DNA from: Eledone cirrhosa
Taxonomy: Eukaryota
NCBI GenBank assembly: GCA_964016885.1
Contig: OZ024740.1
Location: forward strand, 387,872,001 to 387,936,000
Reading direction: 5' to 3'
Length of the DNA: 64,000 bases
Below, one piece after another: positions 14,096-27,661 of the stretch; the first letter of the stretch is position 1; every line of letters begins with the position of its first letter. Both the position numbers and the translations under genes were made by a program. A model generated the notes under the pieces. The model made no database searches, had not been told where the DNA came from, and saw nothing but the letters and a program-made list of their open reading frames with translations.

Positions 14096-14752
14096 TCTCC
14101 TGTGGGCAAGACGAAATAAAGAAGTACTACAATAATTCAAAAGATAGGTGCAATTGAAGGAGAATGTGATACTAATATCTCTCAATTCCCATTGTTTGTG
14201 ACAACAATGCCTATGTGTGCAAATCCTTTGATCGTAGCATGTGCTGTAGTTTGGTTGCTGAAAAATAGTGCTGTGTTATAGTTAGATTGAATTCTACACA
14301 GATTAAAAGAAGGCTCAGGCCATTTGAGTTCATTAGACCGACCCATGATGACCTTAACGTTTTTCTAATTCGCACACTGTCCAATCGTTTTGATTGGTTT
14401 AGGCGTCGGCAAGAGAAATAGAAATGGGAGGCAGGGTATTTATGCATACATACATACGTACACAGACTCCCCCCTCCACATATATATATATATATACATA
14501 TATATATGCAGCTCTAATTAGGCCATGAAGCAGTTAACCTAACCTTTTATATTTTTCCTATTTTTGAGACTGCCAGCCTAATTACTGACACCTAAACCAG
14601 TTAAAACCATTGAACAATACCCAGCTTTTTAAGGATACCGCGGCTACGCTGTAATACCAAAAGTACAATACCACACTGGAATCCGACTCCACTGAGCCAT
14701 CGAGAGCTCAAACTGGTGAACTAATAGTGATTTAATGTTACACATAGACAAA

Positions 14753-14855
<103 letters not shown>

Positions 14856-14866
14856 ACACACACACA

Positions 14867-14901
<35 letters not shown>

Positions 14902-14911
14902 GTGTGTGTGG

Positions 14912-15110
14912 GCGGAGACCGGCAAGAGACCTAGGGGTAGAACCCGATGGTTGGATAACATTGATGAACTTGGCTTGTCTCTCTTGGGGATCCAGCCGGA
15001 TCAGTTGGAAACGGTTGCGTTTGACAGGACCCGCTGGAAGGAGTGTGTGACGACTCTTCCCCCCGACCCTCTCAGGAATAAGTAGACGAAGAAGAAGAAA
15101 AAGAAGAGAA
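14912..15110 (+). mobile_element. RTE-like LINE 3' end with (GAA)n tail
   Basis: GKRPRGRTRWLDNI...DRTRWKECV followed by GAAGAAGAAG. Confidence 0.7.
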
Positions 15111-16845
15111 GGATAATTTTAGCAGTAATAATACACTCACAATCACACACACACAAAAGCGTGCACGCATCCACACAAAAACGTGCACACATACACACAT
15201 ACATATATTAATGAAGATGTATATAGAGACATACATGATATGTTTATGTATGTCTGGCTATGAATGTTTCTGATACATAAAAATATCGTATAGTCCTTCA
15301 TATACAACTCTGTTATGAACCACTATGTTAGTGCTAATATATATATATATACCTGTGTATATATGTATGGGCGTGGGCGCATGTGTCTGTGTATGCATAT
15401 ATGAATTTACCAAAATATGTTTTATTAAATAGACGCAGTAAAAGACATCTAGGAAATAAATCACTCCTGAATATAAAGTTCCTTCTTGCCATTTTGCATT
15501 CTATGATTTCTATTAACAATTTACTATTCTAAATCTGTTCTGACAGTCAAATTACAATCCCACCGGTATCCCGTGCGTTGCTTATCACCAACGCGTGTTT
15601 TGTATCAAGCCAGTATTTCCCATTTGCCCCTATTAAATTCCAAGATAACATAACGAAATATTTCCTCCTCTGTGCATATATATCATTATTATAACTAAAG
15701 CGTACATTTTTTATCAATATATCTTATTAAGGAAGTTACCAACATTTGAGCAAATACTTTCATTACTTTTCTTTTTTTCTCCTAGGTATAATATAATCAC
15801 TTAGAAAAGCCTATATCTATGCTAATAAGTCAGTGAAATTATTACATGGCATTAGAAATGAAAATATTTCTATGAGCTATCTTCATATTTTACTTTCAGA
15901 TTATAGACTTTCGGCGATAACAAGTGTCTCTGGTATGGAGGTTGTCGCTACACATAGACGAAAGTGCTCCTTGTGGTATAAAAATAATGTTTCGTACCAA
16001 GATTATCATGAGAGTCAAACTGAAGCATTTCTGTATTTCGGTAAAGATACGAAGAAAGAACCATTGATTTTTCAACATCTAAAGTTAAATTTGGATATTA
16101 CTTTCAAGAGGAGTATTATATACGATTGGGATATATTTTATAACAATCTGGCGAAATTTAGTTAACACTGCATTCACAATCAAGTTGAAAACGAAGTATG
16201 ATGAATTTGCGTTGTGACAAAGTACACCTATTGTTTTCATTTCCACTCCAGAGAAGAAGTAATTACAAGATGGCATTCCATTGCGAAAAAGCAAGTCCCT
16301 CCTTAAATTGAACTCAATGTTATATTAGCACGAACTACTCTTTAATAATACAAAACTCTCGTTGTTACTTATTTAGCAATATAAGCTGTGTAAATTTCTT
16401 TATGAGAAATGTATATAGGCATATACACATACACGTTAAAATCTGGAATCTGAGGAAAATGATGATTCACTGCATCGAAAGATGAAATATATGGTCGTGT
16501 TTGTTGACTACAGCATACATACAAAATCTTTTTCAAGTAAAATAAAAAAAAATAACAAGAGTGAAAATCAAAATATATTGAGATTGGCAGGGAATATATG
16601 CACATAGATATTCGGGAGGAAATAATATATTTAAAAGTAGGAACCTTAGGATTAAACGTTACCATTATTACTATTGATAATAATAACTATTATGATTAAA
16701 ATTCCAACAGTAAGCAAAATAAAAATACAACTGTGAAGAAACACTCACAGTTACGGCACACATGGCTGCACGCGAGCATGTGTGTTTGTATATGTGTGCG
16801 TAAGTGTGTGCATGTGTGTGTGTAAGTGAATGTTAGCGTGCATAC

Positions 16846-16895
<50 letters not shown>

Positions 16896-17199
16896 GCGTA
16901 TTATTCACGGGCGTAAGAAAACAATACTCCATACTGAAGTAGAATCTAAATATTTTCATTTACAGGCTGTTTTGAAACTGCAGAGTAACTGAGGCATTAT
17001 ATTAATATCTTATATATAGTAAAAAGAGTGTTAGCAGCCGAAGTGAATCAAAGTTATGTCTGTATAAATACAGAGTATGTAACTGAGACTGCATCAATGT
17101 GTATAAATATATATATATACATATCTAATATGTAGGTTTGTAAACATCTCAGAAAATATGATCTTCCCTGTTAATCTGTATATATACAAATATAACGTT

Positions 17200-17261
<62 letters not shown>

Positions 17262-18005
17262 GAAAGAAATGTGGTAAGGAAACAGGTGGACTATAACGCA
17301 CCAAAGTACTCGATACTATGGGAGTAGAGTGGGTAATAGGAAAAAGTCAGAACCCCGATGGCTGTGCTCCGGCCGTTTCGACAGCTATTTCTGAAATAGC
17401 TGTCGAAACGGCCGAAGCTCAGCCGTGTCGGGGTCCTGACTCTCTTCCTATATATATATTAATTTAATTTTGGATATATACACGACCCCTTAATTGTAGA
17501 GCTAACTCAGTTAAAAGGACTCGGCTGCTATTTCTAGCTACCGATAACCCTATTCACACCACTGGGATGACGCTGGCACGATGTGTGTAGTTTTAAAAAT
17601 GCAACACGTGTGGCGAGTCATTTACAGATTTGCATTTGATGTGTAAACACAGATAGTTAAATCTTCTCTCTTGCTGAAGATACGTTTAACTACTGTGACT
17701 TTACGGATTAATGGTGAAATATATTTCTTTAATGAAATATATACAAGGAAAATTAATCATTTTTAAACGGTAATATTTGAAGTTCTAGTTAAACTTTTAT
17801 TAGTTACCTACCTAGCTGTGTGTGCTTACACACTTTACAAATTATCCCGTGTGATTGTTTCATGTGTTTATTTTAAATATATATATATGTCAATCAATTT
17901 CTAGTTAAAAAGCTCAGATCTATTCATTGTAATGAATCTTTGAGCTTATTCTACGGTGGATATGGCGCATGTCTCGGACATGGCTTCCTTAATTTAATTT
18001 AATTT

Positions 18006-18043
<38 letters not shown>

Positions 18044-18651
18044 TCTATCTATATATCTATATATCTATATATCTATATATATATATATATAGGTGTGTGT
18101 TAATGTGCGTGTAAATGTATATACATATACTTTTGTGTGTAGGTGTATGGGTGCGCGAGCTTAACGGACCGACATTAACAAAGGAAGCACCTAATCTAAT
18201 GACGTGAATCTGACGTTAGTTCACATCTAGGGGTTTACAGGTCGACCAAATTAATTCAATCGACATAATGATTCAACGATGTAGCTCTGCTAATCACTGA
18301 AACAAAAGCTCCGATACTGGCCATTACGATAACCGATATGGCAGGCAATAATCTGAAACTTGCGGATATTCTGACAAAAGACGCATGTCAATGTTTATTC
18401 AACAACAGTTGAAGCTCAGTAGAAAGTACTATTATAAATTCTAAAGCATATATTGCCGCCACAGTAGGTCTCACCTTTTCTCAGCAATTCATAATGCTTG
18501 CATGAACATCGGTTTCTATGTTTAGAAATGTGTGTCATTAGTTTCTATCTTTCATTTAAAGGAATACGTATTAAGTACATTGTGAAATAATACATTTATA
18601 TGTCTACGTATTGTCATATAATCCCTTTGATTTCTTTTCCTGTAGAGGTGC

Positions 18652-18705
<54 letters not shown>

Positions 18706-19091
18706 ATGTTTGATCCCGACGGCAGAGCTCAAGCCGTTGCGACGGCTCAGAAATAGCCGTCGAAACGGCTTGAGCTCTGCTGTCGGGGCCAAACATTTTC
18801 CTATTACCCACTCAACTACGCTAAGTATTGAGTACCCTGGTGCGTTATGGTCCATCTGGTTCCTTACCACACCTCCTTCGTTATATATATATATATATAA
18901 GTTTATCTCGAGTTCAATCGGGGGTAACCACAGTAAGTAAGGTACTCAATACATCGCAGAGTATAAATATTTAATGTAGAAATGGCTTCTACAGCACTAG
19001 AACTGTTTCGTTAGGGAGAAATTATCAGGAAGCCCTGTATATATATGTTCTTATTTAAGGAGCTCTGGTATGTATTGAACGAAATTAGGTA

Positions 19092-19163
19092 ATCCCGCCG
19101 AGGTTAACTTTGCCTTTCATCCTTACGGGGTCGATAAAATAAAGTACCAGTAATGCACTGGGT
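19092..19163 (+). mobile_element. SINE core fragment (same family as 5183)
   Basis: AATCCCGCCGAGGTTAACTTTGCCTTTCATCCTTACGGGGTCGATAAAATAAAGTACCAG. Confidence 0.75.
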
Positions 19164-19664
19164 AATTGCTGGCCGAAAGTAGAAACAATTATCAGTATAT
19201 TGATAGAACGTAGAGTGGTTCCTTAGTTGGTCCGTACATGTATAAATTAGATTGAGCTGAAAAATAAGTGCAAATAACATGTGGTTAGAGCATGTTCCCT
19301 GGCATGTAATGACAACAAAGTTAAAAGTGATCTGTAGATTAGTCCGCCCAATGCCAGGACTTAGGGTTTCAGGCAGTCTGGCATTCTTACTGGTATGATG
19401 AATATGACCCGAGGTATAATATTTGAAATGATATCTCTTATCATGGAAATGAGTCGACAAGTATGCAAAGGTACTTCTTTTTCCTCTTCCGTTGGTTGGT
19501 TTGGCTCGTAAAATCTGTCCAGCTATTATTTCCTGAGACACTTTAACCACATGCCCATAGTATCGAAACTGTGATCTCTCAATTCATAGAAGTAGCGGCT
19601 CTACCTGGAGTGATTATCTGATTTCCGAGCTACGCACTATATCGAATAACTTTACAGGTAACGG

Positions 19665-20035
19665 GCTTGAGATACTTGAACTTCTTCATCTGCTTCAGTG
19701 GAACTCCATTCACTTGTAGAGTGCACTGCGCACTCTTCATTGAGAAGATGAGTATCTCTGTCGAGTTACGTAACATCATGTCGTCTGCAAATTCCAGCCG
19801 ACTGACTTTACACCTGCCAGTCGTAATACTACTTCCAACCCGGCTGCGCATGTCAATCCTGTTCATTTATCCGAACACATAAACTCTGGCATTCGTATAA
19901 AGACATCAGTGCAGCAAGAGGCTCACCATCCATCCCATACTCCCACAGAATCTTCCACAGCAGGTCCCAAGAAACGCCGTCATATGCATTTTTGAGGTCT
20001 ACAAAAGAAGAATATACCTCTCGGCAATACTCCCA
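19665..20035 (-). mobile_element. Decayed RTE-clade reverse transcriptase fragment
   Basis: FVDLKNAYDGVSWDLLWKILWEYG, RLEFADD and QVNGVPLKQMKKFKYL. Confidence 0.85.
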
Positions 20036-20451
20036 GGGCATATGTGCCAGGGGGAAATTATGTTGGCTCGAATTAATAATTGAATGCGTTGCCATTATAT
20101 TAAAAAAACATTTGTTCTTAGCTATTTGGGAAGAGCAAATAAAGTTTATATTGTATCATAGATATGTGTTTCCTTTTGATTTTACATTTTCATTTGACAA
20201 GTTCATTTTTAAGTGTAATAAAAGCACAAGCAAATTTGACTGTATGTTGTCATAGTGGTTGAAATATTGTAGATGAAATAGGTTTTGGCGATGAGAATCG
20301 TATCTAGAAGAGAAGCGTATCGTATTTTTTTCCTTCATTTATCACCACATATAAGGATTGCTATAACAGTTTTATAAAAATAAAAGTATACTTGAATAAA
20401 AAAAAAAGTAGATATATAGTATGAATATATTGAAAATTCTATTCAAATTAC

Positions 20452-20559
20452 CTGAATGTGTGAATCCAATACTTTCTGGACATTTTTGGTATATGGTTGT
20501 ATTTGCTGGCGTTGCCGGCCAACATTGAAGAGTATCCCAAAATTCTGGACAGAACGGAT
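20452..20559 (-). CDS. Internal exon of the same class B1 GPCR (CRF/DH44, calcitonin/DH31, PTH or PDF receptor-like; subfamily not resolved)
   Basis: Acceptor ttttttAG and donor CAG|GTAATT. The 108 nt read xPFCPEFWDTLQCWPATPANTTIYQKCPESIGFTHS, the diagnostic C-x3-WD-x3-CWP...CP motif. It splices in frame to 4672-4769 (G|AC = Asp). Confidence 0.93.
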
Positions 20560-20765
20560 CTAAAAAACATATAGTGAATTTCAATTAAATGTATTTCTAA
20601 AACGATTTTTATTAAGATGGATTATAGTGTTTGAAATCATCCTGTTAGACATACACTTATTCATAAAGACCAAGAGAATATATATATATATATATATATA
20701 TTTATATGGGGGTGTATACCAAGAAGGGAGCATGAGCATGGCACATCCTAATGTTAAATATACAT

Positions 20766-20848
<83 letters not shown>

Positions 20849-20850
20849 CA

Positions 20851-21380
20851 CAGAGTTGTTCAGTTTTTTTAGGACACGAATTTTAGTAGCTTTTTTAACT
20901 TGATCATTTAACTTGATCATTTCTTTTCAGATAAATGATGACAAACATCAAATTAACTCATCAATGGAAAAGGCATGCTGTAATCGGTACCTTAAATGGT
21001 GGGTTAGAGATTACTCGCTTCCTGCTGTTTGTTGTCAAATTGTGCAATGACCTTGAAGCCGTTGACAGGAATTCTACAGTAATAGTTAAACGGAAAACGC
21101 GAGCTTGGGGCCCTAATACAATTAGAACAGCCAAACCTGTATGAAACGTGCAGAAAATTATCAATAAGAACCCCACAATATCAATTAGCGACATTGCTAT
21201 GTAGCTCAAGCTTTCAAGGCATTCTACCGGAAGAATTGAACATGATTTTCGATAAAAGGCATACTTGATGCAGAGAAGACAATTCACGACGGCAAAGACA
21301 AGAGATAACTGACTGATACAAGCAAAGCATTTATTGAGCAAGTTGAAACATCAAAATCATGGAATGCTTTGGTTTTTCTT
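20851..21380 (+). mobile_element. Decayed Tc1/mariner-superfamily fragment (N-terminal HTH region)
   Basis: Starts with a TIR-like CAGAGTTGTTC. Remnants KRHAVI...VKRK...IRTA...KIINKNPTISISDIA..LKLS contain stops and frameshifts. Confidence 0.5.
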
Positions 21381-22788
21381 TACATTAGTTAAGAAGCGAT
21401 TGCTTCGGCATATGCTGGTGGCATCGCCATGAGGTAACGAGTAGATTGGCTTCTCTCCCCCAGATATGGGCCGAGAGGAAGCTATTTCTGAAAGGTCAGC
21501 CGGAGAGGACGAACGCATACGTCGCGTCCGTCATCTATTACTAGCTGAGCGTCGTACCTTGCCCCGGTTCCTGCCTAACTAAATTGGAACGTTTGCTCTT
21601 CATATTTTTATAGAAAGGACAGGTTCCATTGGTGCGGCGGTCCATTTGCTGCCAGTACCCTTTAGGTACTGCCGGTTCGAGATAAATACTACAGGCACGG
21701 ATGTGGTGTCAAAAGGACCTGCCTGAGAAGCGCGCAGAACGACGTAACATTTCTGCACGCACTCGTCTAGTGTTCGTGCATTTCTCACTAGTGGAGTCAT
21801 GTGGAACAGCTGCTATCGCATGTCTTTGTGTGTATGTGGGTATGTGTGTTTATGTGTGTGTATGTGTGTATGTGTGTGTGTATGCGTATATTGATATATA
21901 ATGTATTCACGATAATACAAACTCCAAATATAAAAATACCCAAAGAGGTTTCTATAAAGGAAGCTGAAAGTTGAAAGTAGCAACTATATATATATCAAAA
22001 ATAAACTATCGATGCGTTTGGTAGATTTGAAATTCCTAGAAAATTTAGGAATCCTAATCGCAGAAAATATCTGTAACCACAATCGATTGTTATAGATAAG
22101 TGTTTCGAAAACCAGATACAATACCAGCGTAGCTATGAAATGTGACTACAGTTATTTTCAGCGTTTGAGAGTCCTACATTTTCTAAGAAACTCCTATCTA
22201 ACCTATGCTTCAATACTTCATTTTCAAAAAGCTAACATCCATAGCTTTTTATTAAATTCTGTTTCAGATGGAAGTCGTCAAACTCCATATAACTCAATTG
22301 TTTTGAGCACTCAGCCATATTTGACGGCCACCTCTATAAAATTTAATATTCGTCGAAAGAATGTAATTGGCTTTCGAAACTGAAGAAAAAGGGGTCTGCT
22401 ACCTACCAAGGCTGATAAGCCAAAGTTCTAAAGATGGGACAAAGGACTGAGAAGAAAAAGACAAGAGAATGATAGCGAAAGAAACAAGGATAGAGTGGAA
22501 GAAAGGGAGAGAGAGGCTGAAGGAGGATGAAAAAGTGGGAGCAGGGGAAATAAACACAAAGAATAGATAGAGGAGTAAGGTGGTCACGCCATTAACAACA
22601 ACATTTTATCGAAAAATATTGCGTGTTAAACTTCTACATATATATATAAGAGTATCGACAGACATGCACTTAGTAACAGAAGTCGAATAGACAATTGCTT
22701 GTGTGTGTGTGTGTGAGTGTGTGTGTGTGTGTGTGTGTGGCTGTGCGTGTGCGTGCGTGTGTGTGTGTGCATATGTGCGTGTGCGTGA

Positions 22789-22823
<35 letters not shown>

Positions 22824-22985
22824 TGCATATCCAACGGTTACGACGAGGAGTGTTCCAGTCAATTCGATGAACGGAAAAGTGTATTCGTAATATAAAATTG
22901 AAAAGATTTGAGTATTCCATAGAGACACATTTAAGGTACACTCACACAAACACACAGACGCACACACACACAAACACACACACAG

Positions 22986-23061
<76 letters not shown>

Positions 23062-23499
23062 GTGTGTGTGTGTGTGTGTTGAGGACATTAAGTCTTACGG
23101 ACAAGAAAGTTAATGTATGCATATTTACTTTCAAAGCAAAAGCGAATGTGATGCAAGTAGACTGTTAAAAATTTAGAATGCAGTGACAGCAAACATTATT
23201 TATACAGGGCGGTGGATTGGCAGTATCTGTAGAGGGTCGGAATGCAGTGACAGCAAACACTATTTATACAGTTTTTACTGATGCATACATCGCAAAATAA
23301 TAGAAATTGTTCAAATGTACTTTTCGCATATTTTAGTGTTCCTCTTTGTATAATATTTGCGTTTTTCATCCAAATCCAATATGCATATTTTAACAGAGGT
23401 GTTTATAAATCTCGCGGGAATATTAAATCTGTGTGTATGCTGGTTCTTTTTCTTATCGTGTCCACCAGAGTGTCGGATATAAAGCTTAGCTAGATATGG

Positions 23500-24010
23500 T
23501 TCCGCCACAGCTGAACACATACCTGTCCTTTCTCATTAAACTCTGCCAAGTCCAATGCTGTGCAGAGTGTTCCAGCAGGGGGCATATCAGGAGGTGTTGC
23601 GTGGTCTGTGGTTCGATGCCGCAGTCACACACAACGTCCCCATCCTTTAAATATTCCCATTTTGCCAGATTGGCTTTTGCACGACCAACACCAGGCCTTA
23701 ATCTGTGTTAGGCATTTCCACACTGCATAGTTTGTATCTGCTCCGGAAAGGGGGGGGGGGGGGCAGTGCTTCGTTCACCTTTAGCTCCATTGTTTTTACA
23801 GATGGAGGTTGTTTTTCTTCCCAGCGAATGACTCTTTCACTAGTAATGCTTCATGTTCCAAGGGATGTGACGCTCTTTAGGAAATTTTGGCTGGCACATG
23901 GCTGAAGAGAGGATATTTTTCATCTGTAGTCTGCTGTTGACGCTCATCTTGCTTGCTGCACTTTGTCGTATCTCTGGTCATCACACACGACCGATTGTGA
24001 TAGATATCTG
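23500..24010 (-). mobile_element. 3' end of an Ingi/I-group-like LINE
   Basis: WKCL/RLRPGVGRAKANLAKWEY...VCDCGIEPQTTQHLLICP, a C-terminal CCHC knuckle, frameshifted. Confidence 0.65.
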
Positions 24011-24269
24011 TCGTTTAAGGCAAATTAGGCGCGGTTTAGGTAACTATATAGTAATTGATTAGCTTGCCGGATATCAGGAATAGCAAACATTTCCATTGAT
24101 TTTTTTCCTTTTAAACTCGGCGATGGTATGGCTGATATTCCCCTGCATAAATACAGTGGAATAGCTGACTTTGCAAAAATGTAGTAACAGCTAAGGTGAC
24201 AGATATATTTCCTCATAAATCTACATCATTCAGGCTTATGCGAAAACATTTCATGAACTCACAAATGGT

Positions 24270-25360
24270 TATTTCTGTTGATATATAGGAATATATCTGT
24301 ATAGGAATATTTCTGTTGCTGTATAGGAATATTTCTGTTGCTGTATAAGAATATTTCTGTTGCTATATAGGAATACTAGCAGTAAAGCCCGGCGTTGCTC
24401 GGGGTCGCTCAGTAGCTGTGTTAAAGTTACAATGTTAAGTTTCTTTCTTGGCTTAAAAACTGTAGTGTCTACTGTGCAGACTTGCATGTGGTGTTTTTGA
24501 TTAATATTCCCTCAACCAACAATATGCCTTATGAAGTTAAGAAAACATAACGATAACCCGAATGTTATAACAAAAGAGGATGCTGGGGATAGAAACTGCA
24601 CTGGTTATTTATTAACAAAGATCGAAAATGTAAACACTGCAACGCAGAGAAAAACATTAGCGTAACCAAATTATCAGTTATGTCTGTCTGCACGCCTATA
24701 TCACCTCTCTGCACGACTGTCTGTCTGCACGCCTATATCACCTCTCTGCACGACTGTCTGTCTGCACGCCTATATCACCTCTCTGCACGACTGTCTGTCT
24801 GCACGCCTAACGAAATTTACAGATACATATATTTTATATAAACTTATATAATTTTTGCTTTTTTTTACGAAATATTTGCTTGTTTTAAGTAGTTTTTAAA
24901 TAGACTTGTTTTCAAGTAAAAATATTGTTTTAAAAGGCTTGTTTTACGTAGTCTTTAAATCGTGTATTGTGTTAATGTCATTTTAAACGCTGAGAAAGCC
25001 AGCGTAATTTTTTTAATTTTTGCACGCAGACGCTCAATGTAAACAGAACAAAGGGAAATAACTGATCACTTACGCTCAAAAATCGATACATTATATTCGA
25101 TTTCGTCACATAGGGTGGGTGAATTTGAAATATTTTTTTTTCCGATGTCTTCGCTAGGGCTCAATGTACAAGTATAGCAATTTCGGTGCAATTCCGTGAG
25201 AGATTCTAAGAGGAGATGTGTGCCAAAAATCGATAGACAGACAGACAACCACAGTTTTATATATATAGATTTCTGTACAAGAATATTTCTGTTGCTGTAC
25301 AAGAATATTTCTGTTGCTGTATAGGAATATTTCTGTTGTTGTATAATACTATTTCTATTG
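24270..25360. repeat. 21-bp minisatellite (TATAGGAATATTTCTGTTGCTG-like) split by a Helitron
   Basis: Units at 24270-24375 resume at 25270-25360. An inverted copy lies at about 30625-30730. Confidence 0.85.
24376..25269 (-). mobile_element. Non-autonomous Helitron
   Basis: The minus strand starts TC(TATATATAT) and ends CTAG, with subterminal hairpin CCCG-AGCAACGC-CGGG. It is inserted between A and T with no TSD. It has a (GACA)n tract and an internal 37-bp tandem repeat x3 (24681-24808). Confidence 0.88.
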
Positions 25361-25545
25361 CTGTATAAGTATGTGTTCAGGCTGGTTAATCAACGTCAAA
25401 ATACTATACTAAAATATGATTTCCTTAACATATAGACAAGTGTGCATTTAGCGGAATATTCGCTAACAATTAGCGTGATGTTGTAACAGACCTTAGAGCC
25501 ATATAATTACTGGTTCATCCGATTCATTTCCCGATTTGCATCCAG

Positions 25546-25592
25546 AAAATATCTTCGCTTCGCCGAAATGCGATTCTCGCTGAATTTTTATT

Positions 25593-25677
<85 letters not shown>

Positions 25678-26160
25678 ATTTATGTGTGTGTATATATATA
25701 TATATGTGTGTGTGTGTATGTCTGTGTGTGTAAACAATCACGCAACGTTTAGAAGACGGTGGCTATTGGAATTTGAAAATGGAATTGCATTAACAACTTT
25801 GTCCTTATTTTTTACTATACCTTTGAATGATGTTTTTGTCGTTACCGATTTTACTGCGCTTAATTTTATTACTGCTGATGGTACTATCGCTAAAACTGAT
25901 CTTCAGACGTTGTTCTTGTTGTTGTTAATGATTTTTAACATTACTGTTGTTTAAATTTCTATATTTTTAAACATTTGCTTCCATATCTTCTGGAACGCTT
26001 CCATATATATCAACTTTAACAGCTTTCATACTTTTCCGAATGGTGGTTAACTCTTTCTTACTAGTGTTATGTAAAGAATCTTGGTCTGTCCAACAGACTC
26101 AATGTACTCTCCCTCCAATATTATTAAAAAGTGAACAAAATGGGTCTCTCTCTCTCTCTC

Positions 26161-26222
<62 letters not shown>

Positions 26223-26499
26223 CCTCTCTCTCCCTCTCTCTCTTTCTCTCTCCCTCTCTCTCCCTCTCTCTCTTTCTCTCCCTCTCTGTCTCTCTCTACA
26301 CACACATATATATATAAATTTAAGTATATGTTGGCTGCTTACCGACACCTCAGTATGCAGGTTAGAGCACTCAACGAAGTGAGCAGGTGGGTCTGTTTAC
26401 TCCGGAGTATTGTAAAAACAAGAAGAGTAAGTTAACAGGTTAAAATTAACTTCGTATGAATAAACGAAGTTAATTTTAACCTGTTGACTTACTCTTCTT

Positions 26500-26500
<1 letters not shown>
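25546..26500 (+). repeat. Local duplication: a second copy is 31292-31345 + 35745-36555, interrupted by a PLE
   Basis: Near-identical non-microsatellite sequence (AAAATATCTTCGCTTCGCCGAAATGCG…, CACGCAACGTTTAGAAGACGG…). Duplicate ORF-track translations appear at 25568/35663 and 26040/36123. Confidence 0.9.
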
Positions 26501-26561
<61 letters not shown>

Positions 26562-26610
26562 CTTCGTTTATACATAAGAAGTTACTTTTAACATGTTGAT
26601 TTTCACTTCT
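26415..26610. repeat. Fold-back family F5; also at 36465-36705 (two hairpins) and 38258-38365
   Basis: AACAAGAAGAGTAAGT.AACAGGTTAAAATTAACTTCGT-loop-ACGAAGTTAATTTTAACCTGTTGACTTACTCTTCTTGTT. Confidence 0.85.
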
Positions 26611-26656
26611 TGTTTATATATATATATAACTATATATATATATATATATGTGTATG

Positions 26657-26780
<124 letters not shown>

Positions 26781-26805
26781 GTATATATATGTATATCTCT
26801 CTCTT

Positions 26806-26859
<54 letters not shown>

Positions 26860-26879
26860 AAGAGAGAAAGAGAGAGAGA

Positions 26880-27155
26880 GAAAAGGTGAAATTGGAAATA
26901 GCACGGAAAATATATTAAAAGATCTGTTTTTCGTTTTTTTTCCTTTCTTTGATTCGTTTTTAAAAAAGAGTTTTATAATCTATATATTTTATATACATTA
27001 TAATCTATATATTTTATATACATTATAAAACTCTTTTTTAAAAGAATTGTTCCTCTCATTTTTTCAATAATGTCACTTTGACGAATCAAAGAAAGGAAAA
27101 AAAAGAAAAGCAGATCTATAAATATATTTTCCGTGTTATTTCCAATTTCACCCCC
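26880..27155. repeat. Nested imperfect fold-back flanked by (GA)n and (TC)n
   Basis: GGTGAAATTGGAAATAGCACGGAAAATATAT... is the reverse complement of ...ATATATTTTCCGTGTTATTTCCAATTTCACC. Confidence 0.8.
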
Positions 27156-27163
27156 TCTCTCTC

Positions 27164-27221
<58 letters not shown>

Positions 27222-27254
27222 TCTCTCTCTATCTCTTTATCTCTCTCTCCCTCT

Positions 27255-27285
<31 letters not shown>

Positions 27286-27478
27286 CTGTATTAAAAGTCT
27301 GGTAGAAATATCCAAGGGTAAGAGCACACATATATATATATATAATATAGAAATGGCTTCTACAGGATAGAACAGTTTCATTCGGGAGAACCCATTTCTA
27401 TATTAAATATTTATACTCTGCTATGTATTGAGTACATTACTTACTGTGGTTACCCCCGATTGAACCCGGGATTAATTT

Positions 27479-27554
<76 letters not shown>

Positions 27555-27610
27555 GGAAAAGATGAAACGAAATTTCCCACTCTTAGTACGGCTGTTAGTA
27601 TGTATACATA

Positions 27611-27657
<47 letters not shown>

Positions 27658-27661
<4 letters not shown>

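Noticed and set aside
18990-19040. F4 family motif CTGATAA...GAAA-CAGT-TC as a hammerhead
   Set aside because: No copy in the window has both an intact core and a clean stem I junction; a family consensus would be needed.
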